DNA of 62,191 bases from Candidatus Parvarchaeum acidiphilum ARMAN-4 (lineage in GTDB: Archaea > Nanobdellota > Nanobdellia > Parvarchaeales > Parvarchaeaceae), in contig GG730049.1 in NCBI GenBank assembly GCA_002412065.1, positions 1 through 62,191 on the forward strand. Reading direction: 5' to 3'. The notes below the pieces were generated by a model, which did not search any database, was not told where the DNA came from, and saw only the letters and a list, made by a program, of their open reading frames with translations. A program made the position numbers and the translations under genes. Positions 1 to 10,158 of this stretch are shown here, piece by piece (position 1 is the stretch's first letter; the number at the start of each line of letters is the position of its first letter).

Positions 1-891
1 TGTTCTTGAATGACAGTAACTTCTGGTAAACCATCAATGTCTATTGCAGTCATGCGTTTTTCCGATTTTATGTATATGTCCATGCTTCTACCGAATATCA
101 TGACATTCCTGTTCATTTTTCTGCTTAGTTCTACTATATTTTTTATTCTTGCAATGTGCGATGAAAAGGTAGATATAAAAATTGTTTTGTTCTCAAGGCT
201 TTTTTTAATGATATCTTCCAACATAATTTGTACAACGCTTTCTGAGAAGGTATATCCATCTACTTCGGCATTTGTAGAATCAGAGATAAGCAGGAAAATT
301 CCTTCCTTCCTAAGCTCTTCCAACCGTTCAGATCCGGGTTTTTGCGTGAGGTAGGTGTAATAGCAAGTTCCAATCAGTTGCATAGAGTATGACACCCTGT
401 TTGGTATGCAATGCGATCATGGAACTATTTGGTATAGAATGTGTTATATGTACAAGTTCCAATGTGATACTATCAGATATTTTATACATAGTCCCTGTGT
501 TTAATTGTACAAGTGTTAGCGATCTTACGTTAAAGTTTTTCATAAGGTTCTCTATAACTTTTATTGTAAAGGGTGTAGCTATTACCGGGCATTTATATTT
601 TTGACTTAAGAAAGGAACCGCCCAGATGTGATCCAAGTGGCCGTGTGTAAGTACAATCGCTTTAACTTTTTTGCCATCCTCCAAAAAGAAATTTCTGTCA
701 TCAGGTATAACTCCGTTGTCTATTAACGCAGTTAAATCATTTACTGTTATGTCATTTTTGTCCTCTTCGAAATTAACTAGTTTTTCAATGTCTGCACCCA
801 TATCAGTTAATATTATTTCACCATCAATGTCTATTGCAGTCATGCTTTTTCCTATCTTACTATATCCTCCAAATGCTTTTACTTTTATCAT
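1..891 (-). CDS. RNase J-like beta-CASP metallo-beta-lactamase ribonuclease; 3'-partial at window edge, frame break near 345-372
   Basis: ORF 328..891 carries the HGHLDH metallo-beta-lactamase motif. A second minus-strand frame from about 359 to 1 continues with LTQKPGSERLEELRKEGIFLLISDSTNAE...TFSSHIARI...GRSM, typical of RNase J. Confidence 0.7.
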
Positions 892-1679
892 ATTCCTTTT
901 ATAAACTCACCTACGTTTTCATATTTATTTTTTTTAGAAAGGTCTCTAATAAGTTTGACAGTTCCACTGCCATACTGCATAGCTTTTTTCTTCCTTTCCG
1001 TTATTTTTCCGCTTAGCCCAAGCGTTTTACCGATTGAGCGAACCGGAATTTTATCATAATTTTTAGCGATATCTTCTATATTTTTTGAAAGAACCGCTTC
1101 TATAACTTCATCATCAAGATATGGAAAAGATGTTGATATATTAAATTTTGATGAAATTGAATTTAGCCGCCAAAGATCTAAGGCATTCATATAAAAAAGT
1201 CTCGAGTCTCTAAACTCTTTAAGTTCTTCTTTTTTAAGTGTTTTGTGCTTATTAAAACCAAAGAATAGTTCATCGCTGCCAATCCCGCTTATCAACCTGC
1301 TACATTTCATAGTTTTTGCTTTTTCTATCGATAAAAACTCCGTTATTCCCATTATTATGCTATAAGTATCTAATGATAATGCTTTGAGTTCTCTGATAGC
1401 ATGGTATAAGTTTTCTTCTATTATCACAACATTATTCAGTGGAGTTTTTAATTCATTGCTTAAAGCTTCAGCATAAATACTGTCCTCGCAGTCTTTTGTC
1501 CCTGCAGATATAAGTTTTATTCCCTTAAATTTTGTTATTGCAATTGCCGCTAGTACGGAGGAATCTATTCCGCCTGAAACAAGAACCGAATCAGGTTTAG
1601 CTTTTAAGATACTTCTTGTTAGCGCTTCCTTTATATCTAAATTTTCTGGAGTTTCTTGCTCCTTTATCTTTATTTTCAT
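888..1679 (-). CDS. PP-loop ATP pyrophosphatase, asparagine synthetase (AsnB) C-terminal-domain-like
   Basis: SGGIDSS PP-loop motif and GIGSDELFFG motif in the ORF translation. Confidence 0.6.
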   Translation of the reverse strand: MKIKIKEQETPENLDIKEALTRSILKAKPDSVLVSGGIDSSVLAAIAITKFKGIKLISAGTKDCEDSIYAEALSNELKTPLNNVVIIEENLYHAIRELKALSLDTYSIIMGITEFLSIEKAKTMKCSRLISGIGSDELFFGFNKHKTLKKEELKEFRDSRLFYMNALDLWRLNSISSKFNISTSFPYLDDEVIEAVLSKNIEDIAKNYDKIPVRSIGKTLGLSGKITERKKKAMQYGSGTVKLIRDLSKKNKYENVGEFIKGI

Positions 1680-1786
1680 TTTTTTATCTGAGACAATTAC
1701 TGAGGAATTTCCCTGGGAATATTATTCTCCAATCAAATATTTTTTTATTTTCTGAAGTTGAATTTATCTTGTCAATAATGAGTGTA

Positions 1787-2137
1787 TTATTTCTTATTTC
1801 CATATATTTTAATTTCGAGTTTATCTCCTACTTTTATATTGTATCTTTTGTCTACAGGAAGTTCTAGTACATGCTGTGCTTCTTCAGGCCCGTTATAAAG
1901 TCGCCATTTTCTTGCAATTGTCTGGTGTACTACCTTAAAATTTTTGTCAAGCCAGATTACTCTTAATTCAAATCTTACAAAATTCATGTGTATATCTTTT
2001 ACATCTGGCAGAAAAGCACCTTGTCCAGGGCTGGATGTAAACATTAAACCCAGAACTTTACTTGAAAAACTTCTGCAATATTTAACTTCTTTAGCAATTA
2101 TTTTCCTATTTTTATAGAAATCACATCTCTCTTTCAT
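1787..2137 (-). CDS. DUF192 family protein
   Basis: GLMF...DIHMNFVRFELRVIWLD...AQHVLELP...VGDKLEI pattern resembles the DUF192/COG1430 family. Confidence 0.55.
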   Translation of the reverse strand: MKERCDFYKNRKIIAKEVKYCRSFSSKVLGLMFTSSPGQGAFLPDVKDIHMNFVRFELRVIWLDKNFKVVHQTIARKWRLYNGPEEAQHVLELPVDKRYNIKVGDKLEIKIYGNKK

Positions 2138-2206
2138 TATCTTTTCTCCATTTACTATATAGAATAGTATTGTTCTTACTTAACTTTTTATTATTCATAT
2201 TTAAAT

Positions 2207-2807
2207 TTAAAATTCTAGCTCTTTTGATACGAAATCTTCAAGGCTTATCTTCTCAATTTTTTCTTTGTCCTCTTTTTTAGCCATATTAAGTGTTAATAAG
2301 AATAGTATTAATCCTATGCTATTACCGCTTTTATTGTTTCCAGGTATTATTAAATCAATAAAATGACGTGCTGTTATCCGTGTTTGTTATACCTACAATT
2401 GGTATATTTATCTTTTTTGCGTCATTTATCGCCCTTCTATTCGATTTTGGATCGGTTATTAATAGAACCTTTGGTTCAAAGAAGTTTTTATAACTTATAT
2501 TTGTTAGAGATCCTGCTAAGTATCTGCCGAAATTTACGCTTATTCCCATAAGTTTAGAGAAATTATAAACTGCGTAGTAAGCGCTGTCCAATGTAGAAAC
2601 TAAAAGTATATTTTTTCTTTTGTACTCATTTAAAAACTTTGCTGCAAGCTTTATTCTTTCATCTATAAGTTTTATATTAAGTATTGTGAATTTGTTAGGT
2701 ATCTTTTTAAAAACAAACCTCTCAAATGCCTTATTGTTTGCATTTGCTCCTATTCTCGTTCCGTAAGTCTTATACGCTTCCAATTTATCTATTTTTTTAA
2801 ATACCAT
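2207..2807 (-). CDS. rps2: 30S ribosomal protein uS2 (S2), frame break at A4 run 2360-2363
   Basis: ORF 2355..2807 matches the archaeal S2 core (ITDPKSNRRAINDAKKINIPIVGITNTDN). The conserved C-terminus LIIPGNNKSGNSIGLILFLL continues in another frame down to TAA at 2207-2209. Confidence 0.85.
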
Positions 2808-2808
2808 A

Positions 2809-3976
2809 CTAATTTAATTCGATTAGCCTATTTATTTTCTCTATCCTTTCTCCTCTATTGATTCCAACTTTTAAATACTTTGCGTTTAAGCCTACTGCCA
2901 GGTCCGCTATAATTGGGATTGAGGTTTCTTCTGATCTGTGAGATACTACTTTCTCTATTTTAAACTTATCTGCAAGTTCAGAGTACTCCTTTACCTTATA
3001 CATAAGACCAATTTGATTTGGTTTTATAAGCGTAGAGTTTATTTTGTCATGTACTTTTTCAAGTCTTTCCGGAGTAGTTGCTGTTAAGTCATCCCCAACT
3101 ATTATTGAATTGCTTAGTAATTTTAGTATTTCCCCATAATCATCAGCAAGAGTTTCATCAACTGGATCCTCTATATAAAATATGTCAAATTCGTCTGCCA
3201 ATTTTTTAGTTAAATCTATCTGCTCACTTCTACTAACTTCCTTCTTTCCGTATAATGGTCGTTTATAGATATATTTTCCGTCTTTATAAAAAGTAGATGC
3301 AGCAAAATCTAAGCCTAACCTTATATCCATACTATTTTCCTTTATTATCTGTTCTATGGCTTCTCTGACTATTTTTATGGATTCATAATTGTCTAGTCCA
3401 CTTATAAATCCACCCTCTGGATCTACTCCTCCCATAAAACCATCTGTTTTGTTCTCTAGTAATTCCTTTACTTTTTTGTATACTTTTAAAGTAGAATTTA
3501 TACTTTCTAAGTTACTATCTGCAATTGTAGTGACTAATATCTCTTGTATATCCATACCGAATCCAGAAGCATGCATACCGCCGCCTATCATTTTGCATAC
3601 AGGAATAACTTTATTCTTCTTACCAAATAATTCATATGGCTCTTTTTTTAATTCTGCACTGAGTGAGTATATAAGAGCATAAGAAAGTGAAAGAGAAGGC
3701 CCTCCTATAAATTCCTTAGGTATTTCCTTTTCTAGATTAAAAATTTCATCTAAGCTGTTTATGTTCCTTCCAACTAGGCTTTTAAGATAAGTATTAAAAC
3801 TAATTATTTCTTCATCTATACTCTTGCTAAATTGGTTTACTTCATACTTACTATTACTCTCTCCAGCTGGAGAAGATCCTCTAAATTGGCCTTTTTCAGT
3901 ATTGATTATAACCTCAACTGTAAAATTAGAATTTGCATTTAGTATTTTAAGCCGCTTTTATACCCTTTATCTCCAT
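2809..3976 (-). CDS. eno: Enolase (phosphopyruvate hydratase); ATG at 3976 is out of frame with the body because of T4 run 3956-3959
   Basis: GGGMHA, SHRSEET and LKVGINRGERIEKINRLIEL motifs. The frame is open from about 3954 to 2809 and reads KILNANSNFTVEVIINTEKGQFRGSSPAGES. Confidence 0.85.
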
Positions 3977-4018
3977 CTTTATTATAAAGATTACTTTTAT
4001 TTAAACTTTTTTTCTATT

Positions 4019-4507
4019 TTAACGAATCATATCCGAAAAATCAACTATATCGCTTTTTCCTTTGCCATCTATTATTAATTTTATCTTGTTAACTGTTGTA
4101 TTAAGGTTTTTTGTGTTATCTACCTGAAACACCTTCTTTTTTATTCTTGATGCTTCAGCATAGGTCCCATTCATTGCTTCAAACATGGCATTATCATATA
4201 TCTTGTCTTTTGTATATCCTCTTTTTGTAAGTCTTTTTACTAGCACCAATGGATTCGTTCTGAGTACTATCACAAAATTTATTTTATTTGATTTTATAAA
4301 ATGTGATAGATGTGAAATAACAATTAGTTTGTCTTTTTTATGTCTTTGAAAAATCGAATTAACTTCCCTAAGTGTTACTTCCTTTTCTTTTTTGCTAGGG
4401 TTAAGAATAGGATTCATGTCTAATAAACCGTATTTCATCTGTTTTGCAAGTTTTTTTGCAACAGTATGTTTTCCAGTGCCTGGCGTGCCAGATATTGCTA
4501 TTATCAT
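4019..4507 (-). CDS. Adenylate kinase isoenzyme 6 / Fap7-like nucleoside-triphosphatase
   Basis: N-terminal P-loop ISGTPGTGKHT; about 160 aa, the size typical of archaeal AK6/Fap7. Confidence 0.55.
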   Translation of the reverse strand: MIIAISGTPGTGKHTVAKKLAKQMKYGLLDMNPILNPSKKEKEVTLREVNSIFQRHKKDKLIVISHLSHFIKSNKINFVIVLRTNPLVLVKRLTKRGYTKDKIYDNAMFEAMNGTYAEASRIKKKVFQVDNTKNLNTTVNKIKLIIDGKGKSDIVDFSDMIR

Positions 4508-4559
4508 TGCTTTATGGAAATTTTTAATATATTTATATTAATCATCTCTATCAAATAAG

Positions 4560-5930
4560 ATGGACTCGGCAGAAAGTGCTTCAAGACTTGAGGCTATCCT
4601 GTCAAGTTTTGATAGAAGTAAGCTTGTTCCGATAGATGATTTATTAAAAGAGAGCGCAGATAAAACTACGGTAAGCGCAGCTAAGAAACTTAATAAAGAT
4701 TTTATAACCCAAGCTTATGGGAAGGAAGGCTTAGAAAGGTATTTCAGAAGTATTCTAGATTATTGGGGTGATTATGCAAGGTTTAAACCAAAAAAGGTTA
4801 TGAATAAGGTAAAAAAAGTTATTTACAACCTACTTATGTCACCTGCAAAGTTAGTTGCAAAAACATATGATTATATGCTTGAAAAAACAAATAGTCATTT
4901 TCTATCAACGATGTCAATTGGCGCATTAGGTGGTGAATTAGCAGCGCTTTTATCCCTTTTTAGTGAGACAGCTTATTTTTCTTCAGCATTAAAAATTTCA
5001 TTTATGAATGAGTTACAAGGGCAGCTTATGTACAATGGGTATATGTTGGCAGAGGTTCCGATAATAACGAGCTTAATATCTATGTTATCAACAGTGTTTA
5101 TAATTGGTGGAACTTCAAGACTGTTTAATCATAAAAAACTGGAAATTGAAGAAATAGAAAAAGATATAAAAGCATACTCAAAAGAATTTAAGGATACGTT
5201 TAAAAAATACAATGAAGCGTTTTTCCGGTCTAAGATAACTCCTTCTCTTACAAATTTAAATGCAATTTATATGTTATCTGCTACTAAAGCATACAAAAAT
5301 GCAATGAACTCAGATGAAGGTTTAAGAGAATATGAAAAATTAATGATGCCATATATATCAAAAGTCCTTAAAAAAAGTGTAAATCCAGATTTAATTTTAC
5401 ATCACTCCCCAAGAGGAGTAGGTGGGTTTACTTTAATTTATAGCTCCCTAATAGGAAAATTTATAAAGAGAAAATCCTATAGTCCTGTTTTTCTCAATAC
5501 AGATCGTTTTAATGCTGTTCCAGAGTATTTATTTGGCCTTTTTCATGAAATATCGCATGGAGCAGGCGCCACTAGTGAACAGATGGCAAGTTATTATGCT
5601 GAAGAGGCTATGGAATTTGTAAAAGAAGATTTTCCTTTAGAAGGCTATGATTTGTTCCTTGTTGTAAATCGACTTGAATCTGCAATTTCTACACTTTCAT
5701 TGAAATTTAAATCAAGCGATGAGTTTTTAACTGAGTTAAATAGATTAAAATTACCAAAATTTATAAAAGAATCTTTTAGTTACAATTTTAATCCTTCTTT
5801 TTCAATAACATTTCCAGTAGAGGAAGCTTTGTATGGCAGCCCAATTGAATCTAAATTTTCAGGTCTTTATGCATCTGGGCCCTATATCGCTAAAAAAATG
5901 GTAGAAAAAGGCAAGATTAAAACCTTTTAA
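4560..5930 (+). CDS. Hypothetical membrane protein with HExxH zinc-metalloprotease-like motif
   Basis: FHEISHGAG motif; hydrophobic segments mid-protein; no family recognised. Confidence 0.35.
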   Translation: MDSAESASRLEAILSSFDRSKLVPIDDLLKESADKTTVSAAKKLNKDFITQAYGKEGLERYFRSILDYWGDYARFKPKKVMNKVKKVIYNLLMSPAKLVAKTYDYMLEKTNSHFLSTMSIGALGGELAALLSLFSETAYFSSALKISFMNELQGQLMYNGYMLAEVPIITSLISMLSTVFIIGGTSRLFNHKKLEIEEIEKDIKAYSKEFKDTFKKYNEAFFRSKITPSLTNLNAIYMLSATKAYKNAMNSDEGLREYEKLMMPYISKVLKKSVNPDLILHHSPRGVGGFTLIYSSLIGKFIKRKSYSPVFLNTDRFNAVPEYLFGLFHEISHGAGATSEQMASYYAEEAMEFVKEDFPLEGYDLFLVVNRLESAISTLSLKFKSSDEFLTELNRLKLPKFIKESFSYNFNPSFSITFPVEEALYGSPIESKFSGLYASGPYIAKKMVEKGKIKTF

Positions 5931-5956
5931 TTTATGCAGATTAATTTTATCTTAGG

Positions 5957-7483
5957 ATGGAAGAAAAGAATATTATAGGGATGTTAAGTAAAACCGATAA
6001 AATTTTGCTTTCTAACCTTAAAAACGGTGAAATGTTCGCAAACGAGGTCGAATTAAAATGTGGACTTGAAAGAGCTGCAGTTATAAATTCTGCCAGGAAA
6101 CTTTTATCACTCAATCTAATAAACATAGAAAGTATAACCAAGAGCAGGCTCAGGCTTACTTATTTAGGACAAAAATATCTAAAAGAAGGATTACCCGAAT
6201 ATAGAGTTTTTTGTTTTGCAAAGAAAAATAAAACTTTTGAGTATAAGCAACTTTTTTCCAGTATTGTAATGGATAAAGATGAACTTAATGCAGCTATAGG
6301 AGTTTTAAAGCGTTTGTCTGCAATAAAGGTTGATGGCGGCAAAATTTCTGTAAATTTAGACCCGTCTTCTTTGATAGAAGAACGGAATGTAATCTTGAAA
6401 TCAGTAGAAAATAACGAAAATGTTGATTACAAGTTTGTTCAAGATTTTATAAAAAGAGGCATAATAGAACAAATCAATGAAATAAACGAAAAATTTTCTA
6501 TAACTTTAAGTGGCGTAAAAATCATAAAAGATCCTGAATTTAATAAAGATTACATTGACAAAATTTCTACAAATGAGATGAGAAATTGGCAGGGATTAAA
6601 CTTTAGAGGGTACATTGAAAATCCAGAAATAATTAGTTCTTTATCCGGAAAAACAAATGTTAAGACAAAATTTATTTCATTAATAAAGAATGCAATGGTT
6701 TCTATGGGATTTTTAGAAATGCATAGTAACTTTGTAGAGTCGACTTTTTGGAATTTTGATGTAATGATGTTTAGGCAGGATCATCCAGATAGAGAAATAC
6801 AAGATACAGTATATCTTAATGGTTTGGAGGCGGTTGTACCAGAAAAGCTTCTTAAAAATGTAAAAAAAGTTTATGAGAGCGGATTTTTTTCATCCAAATA
6901 TAATGAGTCTATAGGGTATAGGAGAAAATTTGATACATCAAAGAGTAACTCTCTTATAATGAGGGGACACACGACCGCAACGACCTTTAGGTATATATCT
7001 GAATTTATCTCCAAAAACAAAGATAAGCCTGCAAAGTTTTTTTCAGTAGACAAAGGTTTCAGAAACGAAACAATGGATAACACCCACTTGTTGGAATTAT
7101 ACCAAATAGAAGGAAGTGTGGATGGTGATAATCTAACAGTATCTGATTTAATTGGTTATATAAAACAGTTCTACAAAAAAATAGGAATAAATAATATAAG
7201 GCTTAAACCAACATACAACCCCTACACTGAACCAAGTCTAGAGATACAAGCATTTAGTCCAAACCTAAAAAGGTGGATTGAGGTAGGAAATTCTGGGGTA
7301 TTCAGGCCAGAAACGCTTAAGCCGTTTGGAATAAGCAAAAATATAATAGCTTGGGGTTTTGGTATGGAAAGAATGCTAAATTTAAAATTAGGCATTGCAG
7401 ATATAAGGGATTTGTACGGCGCTTATACAGATATTGACTTACTGAGGGAATTAGAATCTGCAAAGGTTTTTGGAGAGTTTTAA
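5957..7483 (+). CDS. pheS: Phenylalanine--tRNA ligase alpha subunit
   Basis: Class II aaRS motifs (FRPETLKPFGI, AWGFGMERM); directly followed by the beta subunit. Confidence 0.9.
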   Translation: MEEKNIIGMLSKTDKILLSNLKNGEMFANEVELKCGLERAAVINSARKLLSLNLINIESITKSRLRLTYLGQKYLKEGLPEYRVFCFAKKNKTFEYKQLFSSIVMDKDELNAAIGVLKRLSAIKVDGGKISVNLDPSSLIEERNVILKSVENNENVDYKFVQDFIKRGIIEQINEINEKFSITLSGVKIIKDPEFNKDYIDKISTNEMRNWQGLNFRGYIENPEIISSLSGKTNVKTKFISLIKNAMVSMGFLEMHSNFVESTFWNFDVMMFRQDHPDREIQDTVYLNGLEAVVPEKLLKNVKKVYESGFFSSKYNESIGYRRKFDTSKSNSLIMRGHTTATTFRYISEFISKNKDKPAKFFSVDKGFRNETMDNTHLLELYQIEGSVDGDNLTVSDLIGYIKQFYKKIGINNIRLKPTYNPYTEPSLEIQAFSPNLKRWIEVGNSGVFRPETLKPFGISKNIIAWGFGMERMLNLKLGIADIRDLYGAYTDIDLLRELESAKVFGEF

Positions 7484-7484
7484 T

Positions 7485-9128
7485 ATGGTAATGCTTAATT
7501 ACAGTTTGGATGAAATGAACCAAGTGCTTGGTAAGAAACTTAAGATAAAAGATTACGAAAATATCTCACTTCAATTTGGATTAGATTTAGAAGAAGGGGA
7601 AAATGCACTTAACTTTGAGCTTACATCTGATAGAACTGATATAGTATCAAAGTATTCCCTTGCTCAGATATTTGCTAGTCAACTTGGAATAAAAATTAAT
7701 AGACATAATGAATTAAAAACTGAAAATTTAGATATTTCAGTCTATAAAACCGAAAGAGAATTTGTCAATGCTTTGCACATAGTACTTAATACTAAAGTAG
7801 GGGGAAATTTAAGTGAAATTTTAGCTATACAAGAAAGACTTGATAAAAATATAGGCAGAAACCGAAAAAAATCAGCTATCGGATTTTTTGACTATCAAAA
7901 GATATCCTTTCCTATAGAGTATCGCGAAGTTCCGGCTAGCAAAGTTAATTTTATACCCTTAGGTTATTCTGCAGAAAAAAATTATAATGAAATAATTAAA
8001 GATGTTAAGCAAGCAAATGAATACAAGAATTTAATTCCGAAAAAACCAATAGTTTGGCTGGATAATAAGAACAATATAATTGCTATGCCACCAATAATAA
8101 ATGCTGATAAATACTCAATTAATGAAAATACTACAGAGTTATTTGTAGATATAACGGGTACGGATAAGGAAACCGTAAATGCCGTTACTAAGATACTTAT
8201 ATACAATTTTCAGTTCTTGGGTAAAGTGTCTGTAATAAAATTAAAATATAAAAATAAATCTATCTCAACGAATTTTTCAATGTCCTCTCATAAATTTTAC
8301 TTAAATGAAGATTCAATAAAATCATTATTAGGCATAAAAATAAGTAAAGATCTGGCGGAAAAAATACTTTCAAAGTTGGATTATAGGGTTAAATCTGTAG
8401 GAAAAGATCTTTTGATTGAGCCTCCTTTTTATAGACAGGACATAATGCATCAAGTTGATATTATTGATGATATAATGAGATCATTTGGAATAAATAACAT
8501 ACCCGAAACAGCTCCTAATCTCTACACTGAAGGAGATTTTTTGCAAAATCATTATGTGTTAGAGAATTTAAGAGAAACACTTGTAGGATTTGGTTATCAA
8601 GAGATAGACATAAACACACTTACAAATGAGAAATACCAATTCACCAATACTTTTATAAAAGGAGAGGATTATGTTAGTCTCCTCCAGCTTAAGAGTGGCG
8701 ACGTAACAATGGCAAGTAAATATCTATTTCCTGAGCTTTTGAGGCTTATATCAAATAATTTGCATAAAAAATTCCCTCAGAAAGTTTTCTCTTTATCGGA
8801 AGTTCCAGAGTTAGGAGAATCAGATGTAAAGTTTAAAAATTCACTTAAGCTTTCAGTAGTTTCTTGCGAAAAAGATTCAAATATAACCGATATTCTGTCA
8901 ATAATAAAAAAATTACTGTCTGACTCTTTTATGATTAAAAATATCTCTACAAGGTATGTTAGTGATAAGTATTCAAAGACATTTATAAGCCACAGAGGCT
9001 ACACAGTTATTGCGGATGGCAAAGAAATAGGCATTGCCGGAGAAGTTCATCCTAGAGTATTAAATCTATTTAGCATAGAATTGCCTATCTCTGTTGCTGA
9101 GATATCAATAGACAGCTTTATACAATGA
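7485..9128 (+). CDS. pheT: Phenylalanine--tRNA ligase beta subunit
   Basis: B3/4 and B5 domain-like sequence (PPIINADKYSI, PPFYRQDIMHQVDIIDDIMRSFG). An alternative upstream start at 7470 overlaps the pheS end. Confidence 0.85.
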   Translation: MVMLNYSLDEMNQVLGKKLKIKDYENISLQFGLDLEEGENALNFELTSDRTDIVSKYSLAQIFASQLGIKINRHNELKTENLDISVYKTEREFVNALHIVLNTKVGGNLSEILAIQERLDKNIGRNRKKSAIGFFDYQKISFPIEYREVPASKVNFIPLGYSAEKNYNEIIKDVKQANEYKNLIPKKPIVWLDNKNNIIAMPPIINADKYSINENTTELFVDITGTDKETVNAVTKILIYNFQFLGKVSVIKLKYKNKSISTNFSMSSHKFYLNEDSIKSLLGIKISKDLAEKILSKLDYRVKSVGKDLLIEPPFYRQDIMHQVDIIDDIMRSFGINNIPETAPNLYTEGDFLQNHYVLENLRETLVGFGYQEIDINTLTNEKYQFTNTFIKGEDYVSLLQLKSGDVTMASKYLFPELLRLISNNLHKKFPQKVFSLSEVPELGESDVKFKNSLKLSVVSCEKDSNITDILSIIKKLLSDSFMIKNISTRYVSDKYSKTFISHRGYTVIADGKEIGIAGEVHPRVLNLFSIELPISVAEISIDSFIQ

Positions 9129-9565
9129 ATTGCGAAATATGTGGTGCGTTTGAAGAGAATCTTTTAAAAGTAGAAGTAGAAGGAGCTTTAATGAACCTTT
9201 GTAAAAGCTGTTCAAAATATGGGAAGGTTATTGAATTTAATACTTCTACAAATAACAAACAATTAAAACAGTATAAAAGTGAAAGGCAGCTAAAGTACAA
9301 TTATCTAGAAGTTATGAAAAATGCATTAGAAGAAAAAAAGCTTTCAATTAATGAAGTTGCAAACAATCTAAAATGTTCCCCTAAAGATTTAAAAAAGATA
9401 TTTTTAGGAGATATTCTGCCAGATAATGACATAACCGCAAAAATAGAAAAGGTTCTTAATATCTCTTTGTATGAGCTTGATTATGTTTCAGATGTCAACT
9501 CAGCAATTGACAGCAATAAGTTATCATTTGGGGATGTTGTTGACATAAAAAGAATTAAAAAGTAA
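9125..9565 (+). CDS. Archaeal multiprotein bridging factor 1 (MBF1)-type transcription factor
   Basis: N-terminal zinc ribbon CEICG...CKSC followed by a helix-turn-helix region (LSINEVANNLKCSPKDLKKI). Confidence 0.7.
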   Translation: MNCEICGAFEENLLKVEVEGALMNLCKSCSKYGKVIEFNTSTNNKQLKQYKSERQLKYNYLEVMKNALEEKKLSINEVANNLKCSPKDLKKIFLGDILPDNDITAKIEKVLNISLYELDYVSDVNSAIDSNKLSFGDVVDIKRIKK

Positions 9566-9570
9566 TTATT

Positions 9571-9653
9571 GCAGAGGTAACGAAGCGGTCAAACGTGTAA
9601 GGCTTAGGACCTTATGGCTTAGGCCTTCGAGGGTTCAAATCCCTCCCTCTGCA
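9571..9653 (+). tRNA. tRNA-Leu (anticodon UAG), type II with long variable arm
   Basis: Hand-folded cloverleaf: acceptor GCAGAGG/CCTCTGC; anticodon stem TAAGG/CCTTA with loop CTTAGGA; variable arm TGGCTTAGGCCTTC; T-arm GAGGG-TTCAAAT-CCCTC. Confidence 0.9.
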
Positions 9654-9753
9654 TATTTCTTATAAAAACCTATTTACACCTATAATGATAAACTTAAATA
9701 CTAAAATTTGCTTATCTTCTTATAGCATTAAAATTAAGTTGTGAGGTGTAAAC

Positions 9754-10158
9754 ATGGTAGATCTTTCGTTTGATAATTTCTTGAATATATTCAAGAAGAA
9801 TGTTAATGTTGATTCTTCTAGCCAAAGTGGTGACTACGTTGAATTAGAAGTTGAGCAGGGCGATAAACCTATGGCTAAAATATACGTAAAATACTATAAT
9901 CTTAACAAGTTTGAAGAAGCTAGTTCTATTCTTAATGATATTCGCTCCGGATACACTTTATCATTTATAAAAGTAAAAGAGATAAGAGAAAAAGGAGGAG
10001 TGGATGAATTGAAACGTACTATCTCAAAATTAAAGAAAAGTGCAGATGCAGCAGAAGCGCAGATAATCGGCGTAGATGAGGATTATCTTTTAGTCGTGCC
10101 AGATTTCGTAAAGGTTGAAAAGGGAGAAGTTCTTGGCAATCAAGAAAGTAAAATTTAA
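9754..10158 (+). CDS. SepF-like cell-division protein (DUF552)
   Basis: About 130 aa. Pattern YVELEV...IYVKYYNL...ILNDIRSGYTLSFIKVKEI...LKRTISKLK...IIGVDEDYLLVVP resembles archaeal SepF. Confidence 0.5.
   Translation: MVDLSFDNFLNIFKKNVNVDSSSQSGDYVELEVEQGDKPMAKIYVKYYNLNKFEEASSILNDIRSGYTLSFIKVKEIREKGGVDELKRTISKLKKSADAAEAQIIGVDEDYLLVVPDFVKVEKGEVLGNQESKI

Noticed and set aside
2207-3976. Programmed +1 ribosomal frameshifting as the explanation for the uS2 and enolase breaks
   Set aside because: Both breaks sit in plain 4-nt A/T homopolymers with no recognisable slippery-site or stimulator context. A break of opposite sign occurs at an A5 run in the MFS gene. Homopolymer miscalls are the simpler explanation.
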